A stretch of DNA of 64,000 nucleotides from contig CAVZYY010000005.1 of assembly GCA_963779595.1 (NCBI GenBank), positions 636,640-700,639 on the forward strand, read 5' to 3'. The notes below the pieces were generated by a model that worked only from the letters and a program-made list of their open reading frames with translations, had not been told where the DNA came from and ran no database searches. Both the position numbers and the translations under genes were made by a program. Every line of letters starts with the position of its first letter. Within the stretch, counting starts at the first letter, position 1. Positions 46,406 through 56,554 of this stretch are shown in pieces. Origin of the DNA: an uncultured Chitinophagaceae bacterium (GTDB lineage: Bacteria > Bacteroidota > Bacteroidia > Chitinophagales > Chitinophagaceae).

Positions 46406-47125
46406 ATGGCCGGGACCGGAAAAAAAAATGATACACAAATAAGCAGGCAAAATATTTCATACTATGATGAAATAGCGGCTGATTATGATGCTATTTTAAA
46501 TAAAGATGCAGCGAATTCAACTACCCGGGCAAAGCTGGCAGATATGTTTACATCACTTGTGAAAGGCGGATCAGTATTGGATTTTGGGGGCGGGACGGGG
46601 CAAGACCTTGGCTGGCTTGTTAAACACAATTACCAAATTATTTTTTGTGAGCCTTCCACCGCCATGCGCAGGATCGCCATGGAGCGAAGCAAAAAAGAAT
46701 TCCCTGATGCCGCCATTTCTTTTTTTGATGAATCTAAAACGGATTTCAGGACCTGGAATGAAGGCTTTCCCTTTGAGCAGAAAGTAGATGCTGTTCTTGC
46801 CAACTTTGCTGTTTTCAATTGTATCCCCGATATTGAATTGCTTTTTGAAAAGCTGGCCCTTGCCATAAAACCAGGAGGCACTGTACTCGCAGCTCTCTTA
46901 GATAACAGTTTAATAAAAAGATTCCGGTCAAATCTAAAGGGTACGCTGCAGTCTTTTTTTTCCGGGGAAACGGTCAGTTTCTTTATCAACTATAACGGAC
47001 AGCGGCAGTTGGTTTATATCCATTCGATAAAAGCAATTAAAAAAGCCGCGGCAAACAGGTTTAATATTCATCCCGGGCAACTACATGGATCTGGATTCCG
47101 TTTGATACATTTGATACGGAAATGA
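46406..47125 (+). CDS. Class I SAM-dependent methyltransferase
   Basis: VLDFGGGTGQD, EPSTAM, ANFAVFNC, IKPGG. Confidence 0.88.
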   Translation: MAGTGKKNDTQISRQNISYYDEIAADYDAILNKDAANSTTRAKLADMFTSLVKGGSVLDFGGGTGQDLGWLVKHNYQIIFCEPSTAMRRIAMERSKKEFPDAAISFFDESKTDFRTWNEGFPFEQKVDAVLANFAVFNCIPDIELLFEKLALAIKPGGTVLAALLDNSLIKRFRSNLKGTLQSFFSGETVSFFINYNGQRQLVYIHSIKAIKKAAANRFNIHPGQLHGSGFRLIHLIRK

Positions 47126-48045
47126 AAAAACTGCTCCGGAAAATATTATTTGGCGAGATTCCTGTCAGGGAGTATGCGACGGTTACCGTTCCGGGCGATA
47201 TAAACGAACGGGTCTGGCTCGAAGCGGGTAGGAGAAGGATCGATATCTCCATGAATCACTGGCTGCTTTGCCTTGAACCGGTGGTTTTTGGTATCTGGCT
47301 TACGAAAAAAGAAGATATTGGCTATTTTGATAAAAGGCTGGCATACCACATGTATTTTAATGATTCAGAAAAAAATGCAGATACGGTCGCTGTTTTAGAA
47401 TTAAATCTCTTCCATAAAATAGAAGAACCTGACGGGACACTCCTGTTGCTGAAACTTGCAAAAGCAAGGAGCCATCATATCAATTTTATAAAGACACGCC
47501 TGCTGTTTTACAAACACTATAAAAAGCCGGAACAGGATCTTAATAAATTAAAATCTTATGCTGCTGCGTATAGCTTTCCCCGTAGGGTGAGGCTAATATC
47601 CTTCAAGGAGGGAGACTATTACAATATTTTCCCAATGGATCTTGTAGGAGACATTCCGTTCAGCAAGCGTTTTGTATTTGGCCTGAGGCACAGCAATGTT
47701 ACACTGGCCCGGATCATTGAAACAAAAAAAATGGCCGTGTCTGAAATTCCTTTTGAGTATAAGGATATTATTTATCAACTGGGAAAACACCACCGTGGCC
47801 CGGTCTCCTCGGCGATGCCGCCACTCATTGAATCAGGAAGTTTTGGTTTTCCCATACCTGCCTGGGCCAATAGTTATAAGGAAATACAAATTGTAAAGAC
47901 GATGAACCTCGGAAGCCATCTGCTTCTTTGGGGAGAAGAGGTCAATAAAAAAGAATTAACCACGCCAACCGGGCATTTATATCATGTTCATTTTTTGCAT
48001 TACCTGCATCAAAAAAAGAAAGGACTAGATTATCCACTGGTATAA
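47122..48045 (+). CDS. Flavin reductase-like (split-barrel) domain protein
   Basis: SFPRRVRLIS..NIFPMDL..FGLRHSNVTLARI..NLGSHLLLWGE; 4-nt overlap with MTase. Confidence 0.55.
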   Translation: MKKLLRKILFGEIPVREYATVTVPGDINERVWLEAGRRRIDISMNHWLLCLEPVVFGIWLTKKEDIGYFDKRLAYHMYFNDSEKNADTVAVLELNLFHKIEEPDGTLLLLKLAKARSHHINFIKTRLLFYKHYKKPEQDLNKLKSYAAAYSFPRRVRLISFKEGDYYNIFPMDLVGDIPFSKRFVFGLRHSNVTLARIIETKKMAVSEIPFEYKDIIYQLGKHHRGPVSSAMPPLIESGSFGFPIPAWANSYKEIQIVKTMNLGSHLLLWGEEVNKKELTTPTGHLYHVHFLHYLHQKKKGLDYPLV

Positions 48046-48048
48046 CAG

Positions 48049-49206
48049 TTAATTGTTGAAGGGAAAACTGGCTCCCGGATAATAACTCCTGATCGCATTG
48101 GCCAGCGCGGGCAGATCTCCTTCCACATACTTGAGTGTATCATTAATATACACCCGGCTAAATTTATCGATGCTAAATTTATTATTCTCCTTATTGTTGA
48201 GAATCGATGGATCAAGTAATCTTATTTTTCCATGATGAATGATCATTAATATATCTGAGGGATCGGTTCTGTAAAAAGAATCCCAGGAGTGGATCCCATT
48301 CTTTGCTTTGGCGATCACGATATCAGCCAGTCTACCGGCCCCGATCTCACCGTTGCTCATTCCCCATATCCTTGAAGGGGTTTTTGTCAACATATCAAAC
48401 AACGCCGCATCATTTACCTGGTTTGTATCTCTGGCCAGGCGGAGATGATGCCAGATATTCCAGTTGCCCGTTAAGGTAGAATCAGTGCCGAAAAGAATGG
48501 CGGTGTATTCTTGCAGGGTTTTTATATCGGCATCTTTATTTAGTATGATACGGTTGGATTCAGGGCACCATACAAGTGCATTGAATTTTTTAGCCTGTGC
48601 AGCATTCATTGCCACGCCATGTATGCCGATCAGTTCCCTGTTCCATAAATTCCAGTGGAGCAACTCATCAATTTCATTGGCGGCCATTTCGTCTATCCCT
48701 TCGCCGGTATGGATCACACAGGGCATATTCTTTTTAAGCGGGTTGTTTAATTTCCATTTCCAATGCTTCTGGAATTTTACGGAATGCAGGCTTTGGGCAT
48801 CCTGCAGTATTGTTATCAACGGATCCGGTAGTTCTAAAGCATGTCCATGATTTACTACCGTGGTAACTCCTGCCAATAGATTTTTATACATGCCCCATTG
48901 CGTCCTTAGTGCCTGCGGTATTGCTAAAACAGCATCGATCTCAGCTTTAAAATTTTGATGAATGTCTTTACCCCAGGCTGTATAGTTTTTATACTTGCTG
49001 TTTCCCAGGGGATAAAAACAATTGAAATCAAGATGATCGTGTGAGTTGATCAGGCCCGGGAAAACGATCGCATCGCTGAAATTGAATTGCAGCTGATCAT
49101 CTTCCCGGTTGATAATATCTTTCGAAACAGCTACAATATTTTCCCCTTCAATGAAAAGCTGTACGTGCTCATTTCCGGGTATCAAAGTCACATTATTCAG
49201 AACCAT
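48049..49206 (-). CDS. Amidohydrolase family protein
   Basis: PGLINSHDHL, AGVTTV, IHTGEG, IHGVA, WCPESN, FGTDS, G.LADIV. Confidence 0.9.
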   Translation of the reverse strand: MVLNNVTLIPGNEHVQLFIEGENIVAVSKDIINREDDQLQFNFSDAIVFPGLINSHDHLDFNCFYPLGNSKYKNYTAWGKDIHQNFKAEIDAVLAIPQALRTQWGMYKNLLAGVTTVVNHGHALELPDPLITILQDAQSLHSVKFQKHWKWKLNNPLKKNMPCVIHTGEGIDEMAANEIDELLHWNLWNRELIGIHGVAMNAAQAKKFNALVWCPESNRIILNKDADIKTLQEYTAILFGTDSTLTGNWNIWHHLRLARDTNQVNDAALFDMLTKTPSRIWGMSNGEIGAGRLADIVIAKAKNGIHSWDSFYRTDPSDILMIIHHGKIRLLDPSILNNKENNKFSIDKFSRVYINDTLKYVEGDLPALANAIRSYYPGASFPFNN

Positions 49207-49939
49207 AAAGCTTCTTTAGATGCAATCCATAAATGATCGGGATACCTTTAAAACGGTTAAAAACGGGGATCGCATTTTGATCAAGGTAATAATGCTTTAC
49301 GGTTTCATCCACAAAACGCTCTTCTTTTTTGATAAGGCTGAGGCCTTGACTTTTGCAAACCTGGATGATCTTATCGAGGGGGTGGACATAATTAATAACA
49401 GATAATTTTTCGGCCCCATGCCTGAAGGTTCGCCGGCCGCCTTTTGCCAATGCTGCGGGGTGAAAATCCGTAATGATAAGATCGCCACCGGGCTTTAATA
49501 CCCTGCACCAGGCAGTAATGGTTTCCTCGAGGTCTTTGATATGAGCAATGGTAAGGGTGGAAATGATGCAATCATATGTATGGGGAGCTGTATCCGCTAA
49601 AAGGTTATCGGTAACATGGAAGGTAACAGCCTCCGGGAATTTTAATTTCAGCTGCTTCAGCATCCCGTCAGAAACATCATAGCCTGTTAAAGAAGCGGGT
49701 AAACCTGCGTAAAGCTTTGCCCAATGCCTCCCGGTTCCGCAGCCGATATCGGCAATGGTCTTATTGCCCAGTGCAATATCCCGGAGAAGGGCGGGGAAGA
49801 TCTCTTCATCCAGGTCCAGCATCAGGTTTCCTGGCTGGGCATCATAAGAATCCGCCCAAAGATCATATGCCTCTGCCGCAGGTTTAGCCGCCGTTACTGC
49901 CGGTTTTTTTTGCAGAAAGGTCCTTAATGTTCCAAGCAT
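49193..49939 (-). CDS. Class I SAM-dependent methyltransferase
   Basis: AYDLWADSYD, DIGCGTGRH, YDVSDGML, RVLKPGG..ITDFHP. Confidence 0.9.
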   Translation of the reverse strand: MLGTLRTFLQKKPAVTAAKPAAEAYDLWADSYDAQPGNLMLDLDEEIFPALLRDIALGNKTIADIGCGTGRHWAKLYAGLPASLTGYDVSDGMLKQLKLKFPEAVTFHVTDNLLADTAPHTYDCIISTLTIAHIKDLEETITAWCRVLKPGGDLIITDFHPAALAKGGRRTFRHGAEKLSVINYVHPLDKIIQVCKSQGLSLIKKEERFVDETVKHYYLDQNAIPVFNRFKGIPIIYGLHLKKLYGSE

Positions 49940-50099
49940 AGATAAAATTGTAACGGAAAAATAGTTATCTTTTCTTTATTATGAATACGGGCAGCCGGGA
50001 ATATGGTTGTTTAGGTGTTTATTTCGGCTTTTCGGCAACCATTACCCCTTGTTTCCGTATGTAAAAGAACGGGGCTGATAGCCTCCTACTATTAGTCAT

Positions 50100-51600
50100 A
50101 TGAATAAAATCTTATTATTCAATCCGAAGAGCGCCATTGCAAAACATCGTGTGCCAAATTCCATTTTGAACATTGCAGCTTCTGTTGAGGGCATCTATTC
50201 GTGGGTGGTGGTGGATGGGAACAGGGAAGAAGACCCGCTTTCAAAGATCATGCAATACCTCGAGACGGGTGCTTTTAAATATGTTGGTATCACCGTTATG
50301 CCGGGGCCGCAGTTAAAACAGGCGATCCCATTTTCTAAAACGATCAGGGAAGATTTTCCGGATGTCAAAATTATTTGGGGTGGATATTTTCCTACAAATC
50401 AATACAAGGTCGTGCTTGAATTCCGGCTATGTTGATTTTGTCATCAACGGCCCGGGTGATCATTGCTTTCCGAAACTCATCCATGCGCTTGAAAATAATG
50501 AACCTTATGAACTGATCAAAAACCTGATCTATAGATCAGGTGATAATATCATTAAAACTGTAAAAGAAGACCTGATCGAACAGGATGAGCTGCCCCCGCT
50601 TCCTTATGATAAGCTCACGGAGTTTTACCCCATGGATAAATATCTTGGTAAAACATATCTTGGACAAAAAACACTGGCCTATCATTCAAGTATCGGCTGC
50701 CCTTTCACCTGTTCCTTTTGTGCCGTGGTGCCCACTTATGAAGCAAGATGGAAGGCAAAATCTGCGCAAAAGGTTTACAACGATATCAAATACATTAAAG
50801 ACAAATGGGGTGCGGATGCTATTGAATTTCATGACAATAATTTCTTTGTATCGGAAAAACGCACCATTGAATTTGCCAAACTCATATTGCCGGAAAAAAT
50901 GAGCTGGTGGGGAATGGCGAGGATAGATACGATGCATAAATTCAAGGATTCAACGCTGGCGCTGATACGGGAAGCCGGCTGCAAGATCATTTTCTTTGGA
51001 GCGGAAAGTGGCAACAACAAGATCCTGAAACAAATGGATAAGGGCGGCACCCAAACCGGGGAACAGATCGCCGAGTTTGCAGGCAGGATGAAAAAATTTG
51101 ATATCATCCCGGAATATTCATTTGTATTGGGAACACCGGCCCCAACAGCCAAAGAAGTGGAAGAACAAATTGATTTCGAGATCGGGTTCATAAAAAAAAT
51201 TAAAAGCATCAACCCGGGCACAGAAATTGTCCTGTATACTTATAGCCCCGTAGCAACAGAAGGTTCCGATCTTTATAACCAGGCATTGGAAAAAGGATTT
51301 AAATTCCCCCAAAAACTGGAAGACTGGATCAGCCCGGCCTGGGAAAATTTTGACCTGAGGAAGAACCCATTAACACCATGGCTTACACCTGGCATGATCG
51401 ATAAGATCAAAAATTTTGAAACAGTGCTGAATGGATATTACCCCACTGTTACGGATATACGTTTGAACAACTTTAAGAGAAAAGCAATTCATTATGTTGC
51501 AGGTATCCGTTATAAAATAAATGTCCATAAGTATCCCTATGAAATAAAATTATTGCAGCGGTTATGGAAATACAGGCAACCTGAAATACAGGGTTTTTAA
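50100..51600 (+). CDS. B12-binding radical SAM protein, split by a +1 frameshift at ~50415
   Basis: B12 domain VGITVMPGPQL..IIWGGYFPT; GCPFTCSFC; FFGAESG; deleting one base gives VVLNSGYVDFVINGPGD. Confidence 0.88.
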
Positions 51601-51608
51601 AAAAATGC

Positions 51609-52364
51609 ATGATCATCACAAGAAACGATATTATTAGCCCTGATACAAAATCTTCTTTGCAATGGGAGCAATTTGAAACGATGTACATCGCTACAAGAAA
51701 AAAAGAGAACCGGGTTTATACAGATGATCAGGTCTCATTGCTCCCTGCGATCGATCCATCGCATATCCATTATAGTGAATGGCAGTCAAGGAGAAGATCG
51801 GCCAGCCGGTTGTTCAATTACCTTAAAGCAAAAAAGAAATCCCTTTCTATCCTCGAAGTCGGATGCGGCAATGGATGGTTGTCTGCCCTACTTGCTACCA
51901 TACCGGATGCTGATGTAACGGGTATCGATATTATTGAAACAGAACTGGAGCAGGCAAAACGGGTTTTTAATAAAAGGCCGAACCTTGTTTTTTTTAAAAC
52001 GGGCCTTGAGGATATCCATCTTGTAACTAAAAAGTTTGACGCGATCATATTCTCCGCATCTATTCAATATTTTGCCTCGCCTGAGACGATCATTGCTAGA
52101 GCATTGTCACTACTAAACAATGAAGGGGAAATTCACATACTCGACAGTCATTTTTACAAACCTGCTGAGATCGGGAATGCAAAGGGCAGGACAAAGCTCT
52201 ATTATCAATCAATTGGCCAGGAGGCGATGGCTTCAAAATATTTTCATCATACAATAGAGACGCTTAGCAGCTTTAAGTATAAAATGCTCTTTGCTCCCGG
52301 TGGTATTAAAAATAAATTGATCCGGAATAAGGATCCTTTCCCCTGGGTACTTATCAACCCGTAA
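51609..52364 (+). CDS. Class I SAM-dependent methyltransferase
   Basis: ILEVGCGNGW, GIDI, FDAIIFSASIQY. Confidence 0.88.
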   Translation: MIITRNDIISPDTKSSLQWEQFETMYIATRKKENRVYTDDQVSLLPAIDPSHIHYSEWQSRRRSASRLFNYLKAKKKSLSILEVGCGNGWLSALLATIPDADVTGIDIIETELEQAKRVFNKRPNLVFFKTGLEDIHLVTKKFDAIIFSASIQYFASPETIIARALSLLNNEGEIHILDSHFYKPAEIGNAKGRTKLYYQSIGQEAMASKYFHHTIETLSSFKYKMLFAPGGIKNKLIRNKDPFPWVLINP

Positions 52365-52369
52365 AAAAT

Positions 52370-53428
52370 ATGCAATCCTTGCTTCAAACATATAACCGTT
52401 ACAGGACATTGCAAACGGATAAGATAAGCAGTCTGCCGATCGTTATTTTAATGCCACATAGTTCCTGTAATTGCCGTTGTGCCATGTGTGATATCTGGAA
52501 GGCAAACCAGCACCTGAAACAACTAAATCCCGAAGACGTGGCTTTGCTTATGAGCGCATTAAAGAAGTTTGGAACGAAGCAGGTGGTTATGTCGGGAGGC
52601 GAAGCATTATTGCACCCGCGGTTTTTTGAATTATGTAAGATGTTGAATAATGCCGGTATATATGTTACGCTTTTATCTACAGGCCTTACCATCAAAAGAT
52701 ATTCAAATGAGTTACTTGAAAATGTAAATGAGATCATTGTTTCACTGGATGGTAATGAGGTGCTGCATGATAGCATCCGGAATATACCCGGGGCTTATCA
52801 TAAATTAAAGGAAGGAGTGCAGGCTTTAAAAGCAAAGCAACCTTCTTTCCCGGTTAGTGCCCGCACCGTTATACATAAATTAAATTTCAGGAGCTGGCGA
52901 CAGATCATAGAAACGGCAAAGACAACTGGTCTTGACAGGATCAGTTTTTTACCCGCCGATATCAGCAGCTCCGCATTCAACCGGGAGGTCTTGTGGAACG
53001 AGCCAAGGCAGAACGAGATCCTGGTCGCCCTGGATGAATTGGCCGAACTGCAGGATATCATTGAAGAGATCATTATTGAATGTGAAAGCGATTTCCGGGG
53101 ACATTTTATCGCTGAATCGCCCGGGAAGATCCGGGATATCTACAGGTATTATGCGGCATTGCACGGGTTAAACGATTTTCCTTACAAGAAATGCAATGCG
53201 CCGTGGGTGTCCACCGTGATCGAACCTGATGGTTCCGTAAAACCCTGTTTTTTCCATGATAGTATTGGCAACATTCACGATAATTCATTGGTTGAGATTT
53301 TGAATGGCGACCGGGGAATGGCATTCCGGAAGAACCTGGATATGGACCAAAATGATACGTGTAAGAAATGTGTGTGTTACCTGAACCTGGCTCCTCAAAC
53401 CAACCCGATCAGAACAGCAGGCATATGA
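52370..53428 (+). CDS. Radical SAM protein with SPASM/Twitch domain
   Basis: CNCRCAMC, SGGEALL, VSLDG, CNAPW..DGSVKPCF..CKKC. Confidence 0.9.
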   Translation: MQSLLQTYNRYRTLQTDKISSLPIVILMPHSSCNCRCAMCDIWKANQHLKQLNPEDVALLMSALKKFGTKQVVMSGGEALLHPRFFELCKMLNNAGIYVTLLSTGLTIKRYSNELLENVNEIIVSLDGNEVLHDSIRNIPGAYHKLKEGVQALKAKQPSFPVSARTVIHKLNFRSWRQIIETAKTTGLDRISFLPADISSSAFNREVLWNEPRQNEILVALDELAELQDIIEEIIIECESDFRGHFIAESPGKIRDIYRYYAALHGLNDFPYKKCNAPWVSTVIEPDGSVKPCFFHDSIGNIHDNSLVEILNGDRGMAFRKNLDMDQNDTCKKCVCYLNLAPQTNPIRTAGI

Positions 53429-54885
53429 AGAAGATACTCATAACACATTCTTATTTTCTCCGCTTCGATCCCAAGCAGTATGCTGCCGGTAAGCCATATG
53501 CGCCGCTGGCTACTCTATATGGAGCAGCAGTATTAAAGGAAGCGGGATACGAGGTTTCCTTCTTTGACACCATGTTTGCACATAAGCCTGGCGAGATCAT
53601 TCCTATGTTTGAAAAAGTAAAGCCGGATATTTTTATCATATATGATGATGGATTCAATTACCTCACCAAGATGTGCCTGACCAATATGCGGGAGGCGGCA
53701 TTTGATATGATCCATTTTGCAAAAGCGGTAAATGCCACTGTTATTGTTTCCAGTTCTGATTCCACGGATCATTTTGAAAATTATATAGAGGAAGGTGCTG
53801 ATTATATCATTCTTGGTGAACCAGAAGGGCCGTTGCTGAAACTGGTAGCCGCAATCTCTAACCCCGAAACAGAGCTTAATAAAATAGATGGCATTGCATT
53901 CAGGGTAGCAGGGAATGTTCAAAAAACAAACCGGGCGGCTGTGCTGAAAGAACTTGACAGTATTCCTTTTCCTGCATGGGACCTGGTGGATCTAAGTCCA
54001 TATAAAAATGCCTGGATGAAAAGCGCCGGTTATTTTTCCATGAATATGGCCACTACCAGGGGCTGCCCTTTTAAATGCAACTGGTGCGCCAAGCCGATCT
54101 ATGGAAACAGGTACAACTCAAGATCACCGGGAAATGTAGTGAAGGAATTAAAAATGCTGAAAGATAAATATGCGTTTGACCATATCTGGTTCTGCGACGA
54201 TATTTTCGGCTTAAAACCTGGCTGGGTCAATGAATTTGCAAATATCCTGGAACAGGAAAACATACAGCTTAAGTTTAAGATACAGGCAAGAGCCGACCTG
54301 CTTGCGGACGGACAGGACATCAAAGCGCTTAGCCGAGCCGGTTGTGAAACAGTCTGGATGGGTGCCGAAAGTGGTTCCCAGAAAATACTGGATGCCATGG
54401 ATAAGGGCACTACCGTAAAACAGATCGAAGCTGCTACAAAACTCCTGAGAAAGCACGGCATCAGGCCATGTTTCTTCATCCAGTTTGGGTATTTGGGAGA
54501 AACAAAATCAGATATTGACCTCACCATCCGTATGATCAATAAACTCCTGCCGGATGAACTTGGGATATCGGTTTCTTACCCACTGCCGGGCACTCCTTTT
54601 TATGAAAAGGTAAAAACAGAGCTTAAGCAAAAAGCCAATTGGTCTGATTCGGATGAACTGGCTTTAATGTTTCATAATACTTACCAACCCGCTTTCTATA
54701 AGCAGTTACATCGCTATGTTCACAAGAGCTACCGCAAACACCTCGCATTTTATAATATGAAAAAGATCCTTTTACATCCATTCAGAACAGATCTCGCTTC
54801 ATTAAAGAGAGCGGTTTCATCTATATATTTTATACCGGCAACACTGGTCAATAAGATCAAACTAAATCAACTGGCAAAGGGATAA
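53425..54885 (+). CDS. B12-binding radical SAM protein
   Basis: PLATLYGAAVL..GYEV..FD; TRGCPFKCNWC; CDDIF; MGAESGSQ; YPLPGT; start ATG 53425 overlapping upstream TGA. Confidence 0.92.
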   Translation: MKKILITHSYFLRFDPKQYAAGKPYAPLATLYGAAVLKEAGYEVSFFDTMFAHKPGEIIPMFEKVKPDIFIIYDDGFNYLTKMCLTNMREAAFDMIHFAKAVNATVIVSSSDSTDHFENYIEEGADYIILGEPEGPLLKLVAAISNPETELNKIDGIAFRVAGNVQKTNRAAVLKELDSIPFPAWDLVDLSPYKNAWMKSAGYFSMNMATTRGCPFKCNWCAKPIYGNRYNSRSPGNVVKELKMLKDKYAFDHIWFCDDIFGLKPGWVNEFANILEQENIQLKFKIQARADLLADGQDIKALSRAGCETVWMGAESGSQKILDAMDKGTTVKQIEAATKLLRKHGIRPCFFIQFGYLGETKSDIDLTIRMINKLLPDELGISVSYPLPGTPFYEKVKTELKQKANWSDSDELALMFHNTYQPAFYKQLHRYVHKSYRKHLAFYNMKKILLHPFRTDLASLKRAVSSIYFIPATLVNKIKLNQLAKG

Positions 54886-55706
54886 TGGAAATTGAAAATG
54901 CCCATATCAATGAGGTCAATGTTGCACGAGCCTTCACGGGTCAGTCGGCCATATTTGATGAACTGTACGCAGGAAATCCGATCATACAATATAAACGGGA
55001 ACGGGTACGGGATCATGTTCTCTCCCTGCTGAATCCTTCATCATCCATCCTTGAATTAAATGCGGGAACGGGAGATGATGCCATTTTTTTTGCAAAGCTT
55101 GGCCATAAGATCCACGCCACAGATATTTCTACAGGAATGCAGGAACAATTAAAAGAAAAAGTTTCAAGATCAGGGCTTGGAGCATTGATCAGTGCTGAAT
55201 TATGTTCTTTTACAGAACTGGATAAACTGCAGCAACAAGGCCCTTATGATATGATCTTCTCGAATTTTGCAGGGCTTAATTGTACCAGCGAACTCGAAAC
55301 TGTGCTGGATTCATTTGATAAATTATTGAAGCCGGGAGGCATTGCTACCCTGGTGATCCTTCCAAAATTCTGTATATGGGAAACACTGCTCCTTTTTAAA
55401 GGAAAATTTGCAACGGCGACCAGGCGGCTCTTTAGCAGGAACGGAAGAAACGCAAAAATTGAAGGGGTCAATTTTAAATGTTGGTATTATTCTCCCGGGT
55501 TTGTTTCAAACAGGCTAAGGGACAACTTTGCTGTTGAGGGAATTGAAGGATTGTGTACGATCGTTCCGCCTTCTTATCTTGAAAATTTTCCGGGAAAATA
55601 CCCGAAGCTGTTTTCTTTCTTATGCCGGAAAGAAAATAAGCTCAAAAAAAAATGGCCCTGGAAATATACCGGTGATTATTTTATTATTTCTTTAAGGAAG
55701 CATTGA
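54885..55706 (+). CDS. Class I SAM-dependent methyltransferase
   Basis: ILELNAGTGDDA, TDISTGM, SNFAGLNC, LKPGG. Confidence 0.9.
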   Translation: MEIENAHINEVNVARAFTGQSAIFDELYAGNPIIQYKRERVRDHVLSLLNPSSSILELNAGTGDDAIFFAKLGHKIHATDISTGMQEQLKEKVSRSGLGALISAELCSFTELDKLQQQGPYDMIFSNFAGLNCTSELETVLDSFDKLLKPGGIATLVILPKFCIWETLLLFKGKFATATRRLFSRNGRNAKIEGVNFKCWYYSPGFVSNRLRDNFAVEGIEGLCTIVPPSYLENFPGKYPKLFSFLCRKENKLKKKWPWKYTGDYFIISLRKH

Positions 55707-56528
55707 ATCCGTTTTTGAAAAATTTTCCCGGAAAGACAATGCCCCTTCCCGGCGCCCGAAAGGGTGCGTATGTTGTTTTTCTTTTTCGTCCTCTTTTAGT
55801 TTTTGCAGTAAATGATATTTATACCACGTATAGTATGCGTTGATCTTCGAGACCAGCAATCCATTTTTTTTGTCTAAAAAACCTGCCTGCAGAATATAAG
55901 CTTTGATAAAACTCATGGCTGTTGAACTGATCCGTAAAAAAAAGCCTCCTTTCTTACCCTGTTGCTGATGTTTAATTGCCCAAAGCCTGGCATATTCCAG
56001 CTTTTTTTTCAGGTAATGCGCTGCGTTTTTGTTTCCATAATGTTCAACTTTGGCACTGAGTGTGGTGCGGGTCATATTTTTTCCAATGAGTTTCTCGTGT
56101 ACCGGAACAATGTTCCATGCGGCATGTTGCCTGTTATACAACCTGAAAACCCGGTCATGCCCAAGCGGCCCATGATCGATCTGCTGGTTGCCAAAAAAAT
56201 TCAGGCGCCTGAAACCGTAGATCATATTCGTTTTCATAAAATCAATCTTCGAAATACAGCCGGCAAGGGAATCTGTTACTCTTTCATCCGCATCTAAGGA
56301 GAGTATCCAGTCGTTTGATGCAAAGCGGGCCCCTGCATTCTTGGCATCACTATAACTGCTCCAGGAAATTGATCTTGGTTTTGCCCCACTGGTTTCTGCA
56401 AGAAAGATCGTTTCATCGTTGCTACCCGAATCGATCACAATGATATCATCACTGATCTTTTTAGCTGACGCGATACAATCAACGATGTTTTGGGCTTCAT
56501 TCCTGGTTATGATTACAACTGATATCAC
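55692..56528 (-). CDS. Glycosyltransferase family 2 (WaaE/KdtX-like)
   Basis: ISVVIITRNE, IDSGS.D, WILSLDADE, VHE, GFLD. Confidence 0.9.
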   Translation of the reverse strand: MISVVIITRNEAQNIVDCIASAKKISDDIIVIDSGSNDETIFLAETSGAKPRSISWSSYSDAKNAGARFASNDWILSLDADERVTDSLAGCISKIDFMKTNMIYGFRRLNFFGNQQIDHGPLGHDRVFRLYNRQHAAWNIVPVHEKLIGKNMTRTTLSAKVEHYGNKNAAHYLKKKLEYARLWAIKHQQQGKKGGFFLRISSTAMSFIKAYILQAGFLDKKNGLLVSKINAYYTWYKYHLLQKLKEDEKEKQHTHPFGRREGALSFRENFSKTDSMLP

Positions 56529-56554
56529 GGGGTGTTTTTATTTATAGGTGAAGA

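Noticed and set aside
49193-49939. bioC
   Set aside because: Only a generic class I methyltransferase motif; no other biotin genes nearby.
50400-50435. Programmed frameshift or phase variation in the radical SAM gene
   Set aside because: No slippery heptamer or long homopolymer at the site; it fits the window-wide indel pattern.
50100-55706. RiPP (ranthipeptide/sactipeptide) cluster
   Set aside because: No plausible precursor peptide, PqqD/RRE domain or peptidase exporter; the context is glycan biosynthesis.
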